A stretch of DNA of 50,109 nt, taken from positions 1 to 50,109 of the IMG/VR virus record IMGVR_UViG_3300017782_000029, one strand, 5' to 3'. The stretch's first letter is position 1. Every line of letters starts with the position of its first letter. Origin of the DNA: a virus. Its lineage: Duplodnaviria > Caudoviricetes. The translations under genes were made by a program, and so were the position numbers. The notes beneath the pieces are model-generated. The model was not told the DNA's origin. It ran no database searches and worked only from the letters and a program-made list of their open reading frames with translations. Below are positions 36,592 to 47,097 of the stretch, one piece after another.

Positions 36592-36709
36592 ATTATTATT
36601 ATTTATCGCAGGAGTATTAGTATTAGTAAATAGTAGATTATGGTCGAATGGTTATTGGAAAAAATATGGTAAGTACGGACAATGGATATCAGGGAAACTG
36701 TCCAAGTAG
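36584..36709 (+). CDS. Small membrane protein (41 aa, not in ORF track)
   Basis: MIELLLFIAGVLVLVNSRLWSNGYWKKYGKYGQWISGKLSK; GGAAGG upstream. Confidence 0.55.
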   Translation: MIELLLFIAGVLVLVNSRLWSNGYWKKYGKYGQWISGKLSK

Positions 36710-38199
36710 ACGACTACGAAGCAAAGTATGCAGAACAACAGGCTCTAAAGAAGTTAAAGAATAACGTTGGTCTTTTTGGTAGGACAATGTTTCCTACCGC
36801 TATTGCAAAAGCAGTTCCTCCATTTCACCACGAGATATACAGAAATCTGGCAGATGAGGCGAAGAAGCGTGTACTAATTGCCGCTCCTCGGGGAACGGCG
36901 AAAAGTACAGTGACCTCCTTAATTCTACCCCTTCATAGAATCGCTTTTAAGCCCTCTGCCAGTGACCTTTTTATTGTAATCGTATCTGAATCACAATCGC
37001 AGAGTATAAATTTTTTATCAAGAATTAAGTATCACTTAATTAATTCACAAAACTTTAAGGAGATGTTTGGAGACTATGGACCAGAAACTGCAAAGCGTTG
37101 GACGAATAATGACATATTGCTTTCCAATGGTGCACGGATTATTGCTGTGGGAACTGGACAGCGTGTACGGGGGTTTATCGAGGGTGACACTCGTCCTAAT
37201 CTCATCATTGTTGATGACTACGAGTCAGAGCTTAACGCCGCTACTGCTGAGGCTAGGGCAAAAAACAGAAAATGGATAACTGAAGCTGTTATACCTTCAT
37301 TATCTGATGATGGTAGAATAGTTATGATTGGCACTGTTATATCTGAAGATTGTTTTTTATATTGGGCTAAAGAATCTCCTGTATGGAAAGTTCTTTGGTA
37401 TTCTATATATGGCGATGATGGAAAGAGTATATGGGAAGAAAGATTCCCCGAAAAAAGAATACAATCAATAAAACAAGAATTTGAATCAGTTGGTAACCTA
37501 AACGGGTTTTACCAAGAATATATGAATGAGGCACAGAGTCCTGACAATGCACCCTTCAAACCGCAATACATTAAATTACATCATTTCCAGTTTTCCTATA
37601 ATGACGGAGAAAGCATCCTTATTGGCAAGTCGGGTGGAAAGAGCATTAAGAAACCGGTTAACGTCTATTGTGGCATCGACCCTGCTTCTAGTTTATCTAG
37701 GAGGGCTGACTTTTTTGTTATTGCTACTATTGCACTTGACGCTAGTGGTAATATTTATATATTGGATATACTCCGAGATAAAATCGACCCTGCATACCAA
37801 CCTGAAGCAATTATTAAAGTATTTAAAAAATATCATCCAAAAAGAATGACTATTGAGACTGTGGGCTACCAAGAGGCACTGAGGAGTAACGTAAGAAAGA
37901 TGATGCTTGAAGAGAACCTGTATATACCGGGACTTGAAAAAGGCATAAAACCAAGACAAAGAAAATCCGAACGATTGTTGTCCTTGGTTGCCCCACTCGC
38001 TAAAGGTAATTTTTATTTTAGACCAGAAGATTTACACGCACAACAAGAATTTTTATCTTACCCTAGAGGTAAAAACGATGATATTCTCGATGCTATATAC
38101 TATGCACTTGATAAAGCAAAGCCCTCAAGACAAAAAGAATACATTAATCCAGAAGATAGAAAGCAAAGAAACAAAGTACTTGACTGGATGACTTTATAG
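36682..38199 (+). CDS. terL: Terminase large subunit
   Basis: APRGTAKST Walker A, IIVDD Walker B, IGT, FYQEY, GIDPA, IETVGYQ, FLSYPRGKNDDILDA nuclease motif. Confidence 0.97.
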   Translation: MDIRETVQVDDYEAKYAEQQALKKLKNNVGLFGRTMFPTAIAKAVPPFHHEIYRNLADEAKKRVLIAAPRGTAKSTVTSLILPLHRIAFKPSASDLFIVIVSESQSQSINFLSRIKYHLINSQNFKEMFGDYGPETAKRWTNNDILLSNGARIIAVGTGQRVRGFIEGDTRPNLIIVDDYESELNAATAEARAKNRKWITEAVIPSLSDDGRIVMIGTVISEDCFLYWAKESPVWKVLWYSIYGDDGKSIWEERFPEKRIQSIKQEFESVGNLNGFYQEYMNEAQSPDNAPFKPQYIKLHHFQFSYNDGESILIGKSGGKSIKKPVNVYCGIDPASSLSRRADFFVIATIALDASGNIYILDILRDKIDPAYQPEAIIKVFKKYHPKRMTIETVGYQEALRSNVRKMMLEENLYIPGLEKGIKPRQRKSERLLSLVAPLAKGNFYFRPEDLHAQQEFLSYPRGKNDDILDAIYYALDKAKPSRQKEYINPEDRKQRNKVLDWMTL

Positions 38200-38217
38200 T
38201 TTGTAAGTTTTTACGGG

Positions 38218-40407
38218 ATGGCTTACAAAGAAAAAGATTCAGAGAAATCTAATGATGACCTTGTAAACGAAACCCACGACCTTTTTAAAACTTATTCAAG
38301 TAAAAGAGAAGTCTGGGCTAATCACGCACAAGAAGACGCAGAATTTAGATTAGGAAGACAATGGTCTTCAGAACAACAACGTGTTTTACTCGAAAGGGGT
38401 CAGGCACCTCTAGTAGTTAATCGTATCCACCCAGCAGTCGAAGCCGCAAAGGCACTACTCACTTCAGGTAGACCGCAATTCAGAGTATCACCAAGAGAAG
38501 ATTCCGATAATAAAGTAGCACAAGTCTTCAATGGTTTATTAGAATATATGTGGTACCTATCTGACGGGACTCAAGCACTCCGCAATGTGATAGACGACTA
38601 CTATACAATGGGTATGGGTGCTATGTGCGTCTATATTGACCCCTTGAAAGATTATGGAAGAGGAGAAGTCTGTGTACACGATGTTGACCCTCTAGATGTT
38701 TACATTGACCCTAACTCTAGACACAGAATGGGTGATGATGCAGAAAATATTATAATAAGCAGATTGTTTACAAAAGAACAGGCACAGGGTATGTACCCTA
38801 TGTATGAAGAAGCAATTAAAAATGCTGAATCAGATTTATATACAGATAGACCTACTACAGATAGAGTAGATGATAAAGGTATATCATTTCCAGAAGATAG
38901 TAATACCCAGACTCACGTTGGCTTTGGACACAACAATGAGTATATAAGAGGGTATGAAAGATATGAAAAGGTATGGGTAAAGCGTTATCACTTAAAGAAT
39001 AACATTAACAAAACTGAAGAAGTATTTGATGAAGAGGCATATGCAGAGTTTCAACAAAGAATAGCTGTACGTATAAATGGTCAAGTTATACTTGATGAAA
39101 ATAAAGCAAAAATGATTCTTGAACAAATTACTCAAGAATTTGAACAACAGCGTCAAAAAGCTGAGATGGAAGGCGTTGATGGACCAGAAATGCCTGAAGT
39201 TGAAGAAGTAGCTTATTCTCAACTAATTCAAGAAGGTTTAATGGAGAGCGTGTCAGTACCAGTACAACGTATTAAAATGTGCGTTATAATGGGAAATAAA
39301 TATCTGTACTCTAGAGTTCTTCCTATCGAACATTATCCCATCGTTCTATTTATGAATATTCACAATAGGACACCCTACCCAGTAAGCGATGTTCGTATGG
39401 TAAAGGATTTACAAGAATACATAAATAAGACACGCTCTCTTATTATTGCTCACGCTACTACAAGTACTAATACAAAAATTTTAATACCAAGTGGTTCTGT
39501 AGATATGCAAGACTTTGAGCAACGCTGGGCACAGCCGGGAGTTGCAATAGAAGTAGATATGGACCAAGGAGCTCCTCAACCTATACAACCTACTCCACTA
39601 CCAAATACTTTATATCAAAATGAACAAGTAGCAAAAACAGACATAGACCATCAGCTTGGACTATATGAACTTATGCAAGGAAATGCGGAAGCGGCTCCAC
39701 ACACATATAAAGCTACAGTTTCACTTGATGAGTTTGGACAAAGAAAGATTAAGTCTAAACTACAGGATATTGAAATGTCACTTGCAAGGGTAGCAAAGGT
39801 AGCTATACCTATAATGCAACAATTATATAGAGCTGAAAAAATGATTAGATTAGTACAGCCTAATAACTCTATGAGTGAGATTGCAATTAATAAAAAGATT
39901 TATGATGACAAGTCTGGAGAAGTAAGCGTTATGAACGACATCTCTAGAGGTCAATTTGATGTTGTAGTGGTAACAGGTTCTACGTTACCAACAAATAGAT
40001 ATGCACAACTTGAAATGTATATGGATGCTTATAAGAATGGCATCATTGACAAGACAGAAGTTTTAAAGAAAACAGAAGTCTTTGATAAGGAGGGAGTATT
40101 GGAAAGAACTGATACTGTAGGTAAACTACAACAATCTGTACAGCAGATGGAAGAAAAAATAAAAGAATTAAAAGGTGACTTGCAAACAAGAGAGCGTGAA
40201 AACTATCACTTGAAGCAAAAAGCTGAATTAGAAAAATTCAAAGGCAAACTCGATACAATCTCAACCCAAGGCAAAGCCTCAGGCAGAATATTCGAAAGTC
40301 GCTTGGATGACGTTCTTGGACAGGCTAAAACCGGTGTTCGTGAAATGAACAAGGAAGCCAAACAACAATCCACACCCGATGCCAAGAAATCGGCTGGAGC
40401 AAAGTAA
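38218..40407 (+). CDS. Portal protein (P22-like)
   Basis: F..GRQW...RGQAPLVVNRI.P, DPLDVYIDP, DLQEYINK; follows TerL. Confidence 0.93.
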   Translation: MAYKEKDSEKSNDDLVNETHDLFKTYSSKREVWANHAQEDAEFRLGRQWSSEQQRVLLERGQAPLVVNRIHPAVEAAKALLTSGRPQFRVSPREDSDNKVAQVFNGLLEYMWYLSDGTQALRNVIDDYYTMGMGAMCVYIDPLKDYGRGEVCVHDVDPLDVYIDPNSRHRMGDDAENIIISRLFTKEQAQGMYPMYEEAIKNAESDLYTDRPTTDRVDDKGISFPEDSNTQTHVGFGHNNEYIRGYERYEKVWVKRYHLKNNINKTEEVFDEEAYAEFQQRIAVRINGQVILDENKAKMILEQITQEFEQQRQKAEMEGVDGPEMPEVEEVAYSQLIQEGLMESVSVPVQRIKMCVIMGNKYLYSRVLPIEHYPIVLFMNIHNRTPYPVSDVRMVKDLQEYINKTRSLIIAHATTSTNTKILIPSGSVDMQDFEQRWAQPGVAIEVDMDQGAPQPIQPTPLPNTLYQNEQVAKTDIDHQLGLYELMQGNAEAAPHTYKATVSLDEFGQRKIKSKLQDIEMSLARVAKVAIPIMQQLYRAEKMIRLVQPNNSMSEIAINKKIYDDKSGEVSVMNDISRGQFDVVVVTGSTLPTNRYAQLEMYMDAYKNGIIDKTEVLKKTEVFDKEGVLERTDTVGKLQQSVQQMEEKIKELKGDLQTRERENYHLKQKAELEKFKGKLDTISTQGKASGRIFESRLDDVLGQAKTGVREMNKEAKQQSTPDAKKSAGAK

Positions 40408-40418
40408 AGGAACTGAGT

Positions 40419-41366
40419 ATGATAGAACAAGAAGTTACCCCTGAAGTAAAGGGCACTCCTGAGTCAGAACCAGTATTAGATGGTGCGAATCCATTAGAGG
40501 GATTTTTTAGAGCTAACGGAGTTGTCGAGGAGCAACCATCAGAGGACCCATTCAATACGAATGAGATTAATCCAGATGCACCTGCACCAGAGCAACAAAT
40601 AGAAGCTCAACAAGAAGCCCAAGATAACGATGAGAAACGTTATCAATATTGGCAAAGTGAGGCTGATAAAGCTCGTAATGAAAATGCACAGATGGCACAA
40701 CGCCTACAAGCGTTAGAACAACAAGCTCAATCACCTCAGCCTAAAGTAGAAGAACAAAGCGTAGAAGACGATAGGTCTTTTCCACCTCCACCGCCAAAGC
40801 CTAGTAAACCTAGAAGTTTTAATAGAGCTGAAGCACTTGAGGACCCTAATTCTGAATCAGGTAGATATCAAGAAGATGTTGAAGAATGGCGAGACGAAAT
40901 GGATGATTATAATAGATTGCACTCAGAATACAATCTAGCATTAGTCGAAGAAGAGAAAGCCAAGATTCAGGAAGAGAGGGATAATATACTAAGAGGACAA
41001 GCTGAGCAACAACAAAGACAGCAACAGATGGGAGAGATTCATTCTCATTTAAAGAACCAATATCAAGCTAGTGACCAAGAAATAGCACAGTTCGTAGAGA
41101 TTATGGACAAGCCAGAATCGGTTACTATTGATAACTTGTTTAAATTGTATAGATTGCAGAGTGGAAGTCAAACTGCACCTGTACAACAAGCACCTTTAAC
41201 TGAGACTGCACCAAGTGAATCATTCGACCAGATGAAGAGAGCACAGCAGGTCCCAACTAGTATGGGTGTAGTTCCATCTCAAGGGAATAATCAAGGGAGT
41301 CAAGAAGACAATATGATGGATTCTATGATTAGTTCATATAATAAACAGAACCCTTGGGGTTCATAA
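40419..41366 (+). CDS. Capsid scaffolding protein
   Basis: Acidic, Q/E-rich coiled coil, YWQSEADK motif, between portal and capsid. Confidence 0.8.
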   Translation: MIEQEVTPEVKGTPESEPVLDGANPLEGFFRANGVVEEQPSEDPFNTNEINPDAPAPEQQIEAQQEAQDNDEKRYQYWQSEADKARNENAQMAQRLQALEQQAQSPQPKVEEQSVEDDRSFPPPPPKPSKPRSFNRAEALEDPNSESGRYQEDVEEWRDEMDDYNRLHSEYNLALVEEEKAKIQEERDNILRGQAEQQQRQQQMGEIHSHLKNQYQASDQEIAQFVEIMDKPESVTIDNLFKLYRLQSGSQTAPVQQAPLTETAPSESFDQMKRAQQVPTSMGVVPSQGNNQGSQEDNMMDSMISSYNKQNPWGS

Positions 41367-41381
41367 AAACAGGAGTAGACT

Positions 41382-42695
41382 ATGGCAAACGTATGGTCTA
41401 GAAGTACAGGTGTAGCTCCGGGTGGCGTATCTATTGATGATAACCGCCGGATTTATAACTTTGGCGAAAGAGTCGCTGAGTTAGCACCTCAACAGTCTCC
41501 GTTTTTTGTTTATCTTAGCAAAGTCGCTAAAGAATCTACTGATGACCCAGTATTCAAGTTCCTTGAACAGCGTCATCAGTGGCAACGTAGAGATTTTGTA
41601 CTAAAAACAGCTATTGGTTCTAACATTGCCGCAGGTAGTGACAGTGCTGAACTAAAGTTAGTTTGTGGATATGACAAATTCGGATTAGCAACAGCGGCAA
41701 CTGCCGCACCACAATTCCTTGTAAAAGACCAAGTCGTAAGAGTTGGTGGCAAGGCTTTCAAAGTTAAATCTATTGAGAATGTAGGTACTGGATTAAACGC
41801 AACTTATGCGGCTAATACAGTTGGTACTTATACATCAGTAAAGTTAACTGCATTAGAAGCATCAGGTGCAATAGCCGCTGACGCAAAAGGTCAGATTATC
41901 GGTAGTGCATATGGTGAAGCAACAATCGACCCAGATGGATGGAAAGATGAGTTGTATACTAGAGAAGGATACTGTCAGATTTTTAAGACAGGTATTCAGT
42001 TGTTCTCTGGTACAGCTCTAGCCACTCGTTATAGAGGTCGTCCGGATGAATATCGTAGAGTCTGGTCAGGTAAGTTAATGGAGCACAAAATGGATATCGA
42101 ACACGCTATGTTGTTTGGTGTTGGTGCCGCTGACGAATCTGGCTCAGGTCCTGTAAGATACTCACACGGGATTGTTCCTTACACTTTGGCAAATGGTAAG
42201 AATTATGCGTTCTCTTACGGTAGTTCAACCTATGATACCTTCATTGATGCAATGGAGAATTTCTTTGCCCCTGAAACAGGAAACAGTGGTGACAAGTTAG
42301 TACTTTGCTCACGCAAGATACTTGCTTGGTTGCAAAAACTAAGTGGAGATGGATTCTTGAAGAACACTGTAACTTCTAACTCTTATAAGTTAGATGTACA
42401 GAACATTCAAGGAGCTTTCGGACATCAGGTAACAAAAGTAAATACCATCTTTGGTAATTTACACTTTGTTGCTGAGCCGTTATTCAGAAACCACGACGAG
42501 AACATTGCGATTGCTATTGATATGGCAAACGTAAAGTATCGTCCATTAGCTGGTAATGGTATCTCAAGAGATACTCATATTGTCACTAATGTTCAGGATA
42601 ACAATATGGACGGAAGAAAAGATATTGTAATGACCGAAGCTGGTCTTGAAATATCTCTTCCTGAGACACACGCTCTAATGACCTTTGGAAGTTAA
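41382..42695 (+). CDS. Major capsid protein
   Basis: SPFF, QIFKT, EHKMDIEHAMLFG, TIFG, EAGLE pattern of HK97-fold (SU10/DUF5309-like) MCPs; strong RBS and downstream terminator. Confidence 0.92.
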   Translation: MANVWSRSTGVAPGGVSIDDNRRIYNFGERVAELAPQQSPFFVYLSKVAKESTDDPVFKFLEQRHQWQRRDFVLKTAIGSNIAAGSDSAELKLVCGYDKFGLATAATAAPQFLVKDQVVRVGGKAFKVKSIENVGTGLNATYAANTVGTYTSVKLTALEASGAIAADAKGQIIGSAYGEATIDPDGWKDELYTREGYCQIFKTGIQLFSGTALATRYRGRPDEYRRVWSGKLMEHKMDIEHAMLFGVGAADESGSGPVRYSHGIVPYTLANGKNYAFSYGSSTYDTFIDAMENFFAPETGNSGDKLVLCSRKILAWLQKLSGDGFLKNTVTSNSYKLDVQNIQGAFGHQVTKVNTIFGNLHFVAEPLFRNHDENIAIAIDMANVKYRPLAGNGISRDTHIVTNVQDNNMDGRKDIVMTEAGLEISLPETHALMTFGS

Positions 42696-42710
42696 GCGTA
42701 GGTAAGTTAA

Positions 42711-42736
42711 AATGGGGGGTCTTCGGACCCCCTATT
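42711..42736 (+). terminator. Hairpin terminator after capsid gene
   Basis: GGGGGTC-TTCG-GACCCCC with cUUCGg tetraloop. Confidence 0.75.
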
Positions 42737-42747
42737 AAAAGGATAAT

Positions 42748-43803
42748 ATGTCATTTACAAGTAAAGTACAAAATTATACAAATAGCACATCTTCAGAAAA
42801 TATATTAGATGCGTTAAATAGAGCTGTTAATTATACAGTATCTATTGTAGCTCAAGCAAATCCGGGATTATTACCTGCCTTTGCTAATGTAAACATTATT
42901 ACTAATAATACAACTTCTATTGGCTTTGACTATTATTCAGGTCTAAAAGCAATACATTTATTAAAGGTTGAAAGAGCAGATGGCGAAGAGACTTATAGAC
43001 AATGTCAACCGGTCCCATCTTCACAATCAAGAGATGCTTTTGATATAAATAGTATTTATTACGCATTGCCTGACAATCCTGTTTATTGGATAAGCGATGA
43101 AAATAGTTTATTTATGGCACCATTAGCTACTGCTCAAGCCAAAAAAGGTTTTAAAGTAACAACAGTCCCTGATTTTAGCGGAAGAACTATTAATGATGCA
43201 CAAGAAACAATTACTCAGTTTCCAATAAACTTTAATGAGCTGGTTGTACTTCATTCAGCAGAATTAATACTAATAGAAAGACTTGGAGATTTTAGAGCAA
43301 AGTTACCAACAGATTTAGATGCAGATACTACTTTGTTTGACCAAATAGCAGATGTTTCTGCAAGTATTAGCTACACTTTTCCATCTTCTGATTTTCAGGA
43401 TGCACTAGACAAAGCTAAGAATTTAGTAGATGGCACTACAATGGGTGGTGATACAGAGCCAGAAAGTGCACAGTATTGGTTAGCTGATGAAGATGAAGAT
43501 ATGACAGCCTCTACACTGCAAGTTGCTTCTCAAGAATTACAAAGAGCTAATGCTATTTTAGGAGAGTTTAATGCAGAGCTAGGTGCTCAGTCTACTCAAA
43601 AACAACAAGCGTTATCTGAATTTCAAGCCAACTTACAAAAGAAAATGGCTTTATATGATAAAATTATTCAAAAAATTACAGTAGATTATCAATGGACACA
43701 GGGTCAATTACAACTTATTAGTGCGAAAAAACAAGAGTTTGTACAAATTAACATTGGAACTGCTGGTATAAAAGACAACCCTGAAGAGAGTAAAGCTATA
43801 TGA
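42748..43803 (+). CDS. Head-tail adaptor-like protein with coiled-coil extension
   Basis: P.YW......L...P and FP..F.ELVVL adaptor-like motifs; first gene after MCP. Confidence 0.6.
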   Translation: MSFTSKVQNYTNSTSSENILDALNRAVNYTVSIVAQANPGLLPAFANVNIITNNTTSIGFDYYSGLKAIHLLKVERADGEETYRQCQPVPSSQSRDAFDINSIYYALPDNPVYWISDENSLFMAPLATAQAKKGFKVTTVPDFSGRTINDAQETITQFPINFNELVVLHSAELILIERLGDFRAKLPTDLDADTTLFDQIADVSASISYTFPSSDFQDALDKAKNLVDGTTMGGDTEPESAQYWLADEDEDMTASTLQVASQELQRANAILGEFNAELGAQSTQKQQALSEFQANLQKKMALYDKIIQKITVDYQWTQGQLQLISAKKQEFVQINIGTAGIKDNPEESKAI

Positions 43804-44066
43804 AACTAAAAGAAATGATAGAAAGAGTACAGCAACATCATCCAAGTATGGGGCAAGTTGAAATAATAAGATATATAAACGATGCTGTAAACGATATGGG
43901 GTTTAGAGCTGAAGTAATAGAGTCAATAGATAGATTTAATACGGTAGCGGGGCAAAGAGTATATCCTTTAAAAAAACATATTATTAAAGTAAAGGGTGTA
44001 GATTACGATGATAAATCAATTAAGAAGTTAATAGGTAGACCTAAAGTAAGAGACTTGGATTTATAA
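43800..44066 (+). CDS. Adaptor/tail-tubular-like protein, N-terminal-type module
   Basis: MKLKEMIERVQ...EIIRYINDA...TVAGQRVYPL. Confidence 0.6.
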   Translation: MKLKEMIERVQQHHPSMGQVEIIRYINDAVNDMGFRAEVIESIDRFNTVAGQRVYPLKKHIIKVKGVDYDDKSIKKLIGRPKVRDLDL

Positions 44067-44557
44067 TGGAAAGACAAAATGTTAATATAAGTCAATATCT
44101 TTGGTGGACAGAAAGAGATTCTGTTCTAATTGCGTATTATGACGCTAGTACAGATAAATTTTCATCTACTCAAGAAGTTAAAGCTATAAACTTACTTTAT
44201 ATACAGAGACCAGATAAGTTTTTAGTTCCGGGTGAAAGTCCTGAAAGAGATGGTTTTAAAACATTTGCAACATCTAATGTAGATGGAGAATATCTTGGTG
44301 CAGAGTTAGCCGGTACAGATTTAGCACCAACTATGCAAGAATCTCAATACCTAAAACAAGAAACAGAAATACCAGAACAATTTCACGAAGCCTTGGTAAA
44401 TCGTGTAATAGCAAATGGATATGAAAGAAAGGTTGAAACTATACCTTTATCACAACATTATATGGGAAAGTATGAAACGGGTGTTAGAAAGGCAAAGGCA
44501 TATGCTTTTAGAGGAAGAGATGGTTCTAGATTATCAATGAAACCAATGGATTTTTAA
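44066..44557 (+). CDS. Adaptor/tail-tubular-like protein, C-terminal-type module
   Basis: EIPEQFHEALVNRVIA.GYE motif. Confidence 0.6.
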   Translation: MERQNVNISQYLWWTERDSVLIAYYDASTDKFSSTQEVKAINLLYIQRPDKFLVPGESPERDGFKTFATSNVDGEYLGAELAGTDLAPTMQESQYLKQETEIPEQFHEALVNRVIANGYERKVETIPLSQHYMGKYETGVRKAKAYAFRGRDGSRLSMKPMDF

Positions 44558-44770
44558 ATGAGTACAGTAAAATTTAATGATATAAATATAGCTTTTGATA
44601 CTATAGCTTATCCATTTAGCAATGTATTACTTGGTTTATTTGTAAAAGGAACAGCAACAATTAGAGTTATTAAACCTGTATTTGTTGCATCTACTAAAGT
44701 TAAAACACCAGTAGCACCTGTAATTACTAGAGTAACTACACCAGCTACACCAACATACACGAGGGTATAA
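44558..44770 (+). CDS. Small structural protein
   Basis: V/T/P-rich repeats (TRVTTPATP); adjacent to neighbours. Confidence 0.65.
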   Translation: MSTVKFNDINIAFDTIAYPFSNVLLGLFVKGTATIRVIKPVFVASTKVKTPVAPVITRVTTPATPTYTRV

Positions 44771-45111
44771 TGGCAGGAAGTTTATCAAGTCCCAATCTAG
44801 TCAAAGATGTATATACTAAGCTAGTATGGTATAATACAAGTGATGGTAAAATGTACAGAGACAATGGTTCTACTGATGTAGAAGTGTTGCCTAATTTAGT
44901 AGCTGGAGATATTTTAGTACATCAAACAAGTGGTTCTGTATCATCAGGAGACTTGTTTAAAATTTTAAATAATAGCACAGGAGTGTTCTCTGTAGATTAT
45001 CAGGGAGCAGTGCATTTGAAACCAAGAACATCGGCACCAGCAGACAACTCTGAAGGAACTATCTACTATGACAGTTCTATAGGGTCCTTATTGGTATCAG
45101 TCGAAGTATAG
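44770..45111 (+). CDS. Tail-associated protein
   Basis: SAPADNSEGTIYYDS motif typical of tail fibre modules. Confidence 0.65.
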   Translation: MAGSLSSPNLVKDVYTKLVWYNTSDGKMYRDNGSTDVEVLPNLVAGDILVHQTSGSVSSGDLFKILNNSTGVFSVDYQGAVHLKPRTSAPADNSEGTIYYDSSIGSLLVSVEV

Positions 45112-45123
45112 GAGAAACACACT

Positions 45124-46539
45124 ATGGCTAAAGCGTGGAAAAAAATCCAGCGGTCTGATGAGGACTTTACTGGTAAAGTTACAGGTACAATAGATGGTAC
45201 ATCTGTAGCGGATATTAAATCAGGAGCGTCAGCAGGAACTGCATCGAAAGTAGTAACAGATGCGGCGTTCGATGGAAGTAATGTTTTAAAGGTAGCTAAT
45301 GCCGCCGCTGGGTTAAAAAACTCAGGGGTTAGTATTAATGCAGATGGTACATTAAGTGGAGCTGGTTCCGGTCAGGTTACACCAGCAGGAGTTGGAGCAG
45401 TAGATACTGATTTAAGTAACGCTCCAGACGCTATTAAAAATAGTGAAACCACTAAAAGTGATGTAGGTCTTGCAAATGTAGCAAACGAAAATCCAACTAC
45501 ATTAAAATCAACAATGTCGTTGAACTTAGTTGAGAACAAGAATCAAGCAACAATATTAGGTGGAAACTTAACTGGTACCATTGGTGGAACAGCTAATGCT
45601 ACTGTTGTAAGTGGTGCCGCAGATGGTGCATTGGTAAAACCAGCTTTTGATACATCTGGTTCAGACCCGATAATTAAAGTAGCTAATGCCCCAGCAACCT
45701 TAAAGAACTCTTCTGTTAGTATAAACTCTGATGGTTCATTAAATAATGCTGGTTCAGGTTCAGTAAGTGCTACTGGATTAGGAGCTATTAAAACTGACTT
45801 GGCAAACGCACCTACAACTATTTTAAATTCTAATACAACGGCTAATGATGTAGGACTTGGAAATGTTCCTAATAAAACTGAAGCTCAGTTATTAGCTGGT
45901 GATGTAACAGGTAGTATTGGTGGTACTGCTGTAGCAACAATTAAAACTGGTGCCGCCGCAGGTGCAACCGCTAACCAAGACTCTACAAGCACAATTTTAG
46001 GTGGAACTTTAACAGGTAATGTTTCAGGAACAGTAGGTGGAACTGCCGTAGCTACTATTAAAAGTGGAGCGGCATTAGGAGCATCTTCAAATCAGGATGC
46101 TACCTCGGTTATTAGGGCTGGTACAACAGCGTCTAACGTAGGGTTAGGCTCTGTAGTTAATCAAGCAATAACAGTAGCGTCTGGTAAAATTAAATTTGAT
46201 GGAAATGCTCAAACCCTAGATGCTGATAAAATTGGTGGTAAAACAGTGGCAGAAGCTGAAGCCGCCGCCGCCGCTACAGCAGAAAGCAATATTCTTGATG
46301 GTGCACCAGCAGGGTTACAAACATTAAATGACTTAGCCGCCGCTTTAGGTGATGATGCAAGTTTTGCTACAACTACTACTAATGCAATAGCAACTAAAGG
46401 TCCAGCACCTCTTACGCTAACAGCAGAAGATGTAGATGGAGACGCAACTTTTTCAAGTTCAGCAAATACTCCATCAAATCTAGTAGTAGGTCAAGTAGGA
46501 ATATTTGGCGGTAATCAATATGTAATTGTAGACGTTTAG
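45124..46539 (+). CDS. Tail fibre protein with internal repeats
   Basis: KSDVGLxNV repeats; DGAPAGLQTLNDLAAALGDD tail-fibre motif. Confidence 0.85.
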   Translation: MAKAWKKIQRSDEDFTGKVTGTIDGTSVADIKSGASAGTASKVVTDAAFDGSNVLKVANAAAGLKNSGVSINADGTLSGAGSGQVTPAGVGAVDTDLSNAPDAIKNSETTKSDVGLANVANENPTTLKSTMSLNLVENKNQATILGGNLTGTIGGTANATVVSGAADGALVKPAFDTSGSDPIIKVANAPATLKNSSVSINSDGSLNNAGSGSVSATGLGAIKTDLANAPTTILNSNTTANDVGLGNVPNKTEAQLLAGDVTGSIGGTAVATIKTGAAAGATANQDSTSTILGGTLTGNVSGTVGGTAVATIKSGAALGASSNQDATSVIRAGTTASNVGLGSVVNQAITVASGKIKFDGNAQTLDADKIGGKTVAEAEAAAAATAESNILDGAPAGLQTLNDLAAALGDDASFATTTTNAIATKGPAPLTLTAEDVDGDATFSSSANTPSNLVVGQVGIFGGNQYVIVDV

Positions 46540-46548
46540 GAGTAAAAA

Positions 46549-47097
46549 ATGGCAAAGAAAGCGATAAAAGCTTTTGCATTAAAAGACCTAAAATGTTCTT
46601 TACCCGACAGTGGTCAGTTTCCTGAAAAGGAGACTGGCACTTCAGGTAAGGAGTATATAGGCTTACCACTTTATGAATACGAACCCCTAAAAAAATCTTT
46701 ACAAGATAAAGGTTATAAACCTGAAGAATATGATTATATTGTAGCTACATCAGATGGTAAAGTTTTATGGGGTGGTAGAAGAGTATGGTTAATGCAAAAA
46801 GATATGGGACTAGACCAAGACCAAATGATTGATTGTGAGGTATGGGAAAAACAAGAATGGTTAGATGAATTAAAAAAATCAATGTTAGCTAATGTTAACC
46901 CTAATCTATTTGTAACAAAAGATAAAGATGGTAAAAAAGTTATGCCAACTGCTAAATTAACTATGGCACCAGAACATAAAGGATATCAAAACTTAAGAAA
47001 ACTTCATAAGAATATGAAGATGCCTTACAACCTTGATAATTTCGTATTGTCAAATGGTTTAACATTAAAAGAACAAAGAGAGTTAAACGATAAATGA
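46549..47097 (+). CDS. ParB/Sulfiredoxin-like domain protein
   Basis: LKKSLQDKGY.....IVATSDGKVLWGGRR......MG...IDCEV pattern. Confidence 0.5.
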   Translation: MAKKAIKAFALKDLKCSLPDSGQFPEKETGTSGKEYIGLPLYEYEPLKKSLQDKGYKPEEYDYIVATSDGKVLWGGRRVWLMQKDMGLDQDQMIDCEVWEKQEWLDELKKSMLANVNPNLFVTKDKDGKKVMPTAKLTMAPEHKGYQNLRKLHKNMKMPYNLDNFVLSNGLTLKEQRELNDK

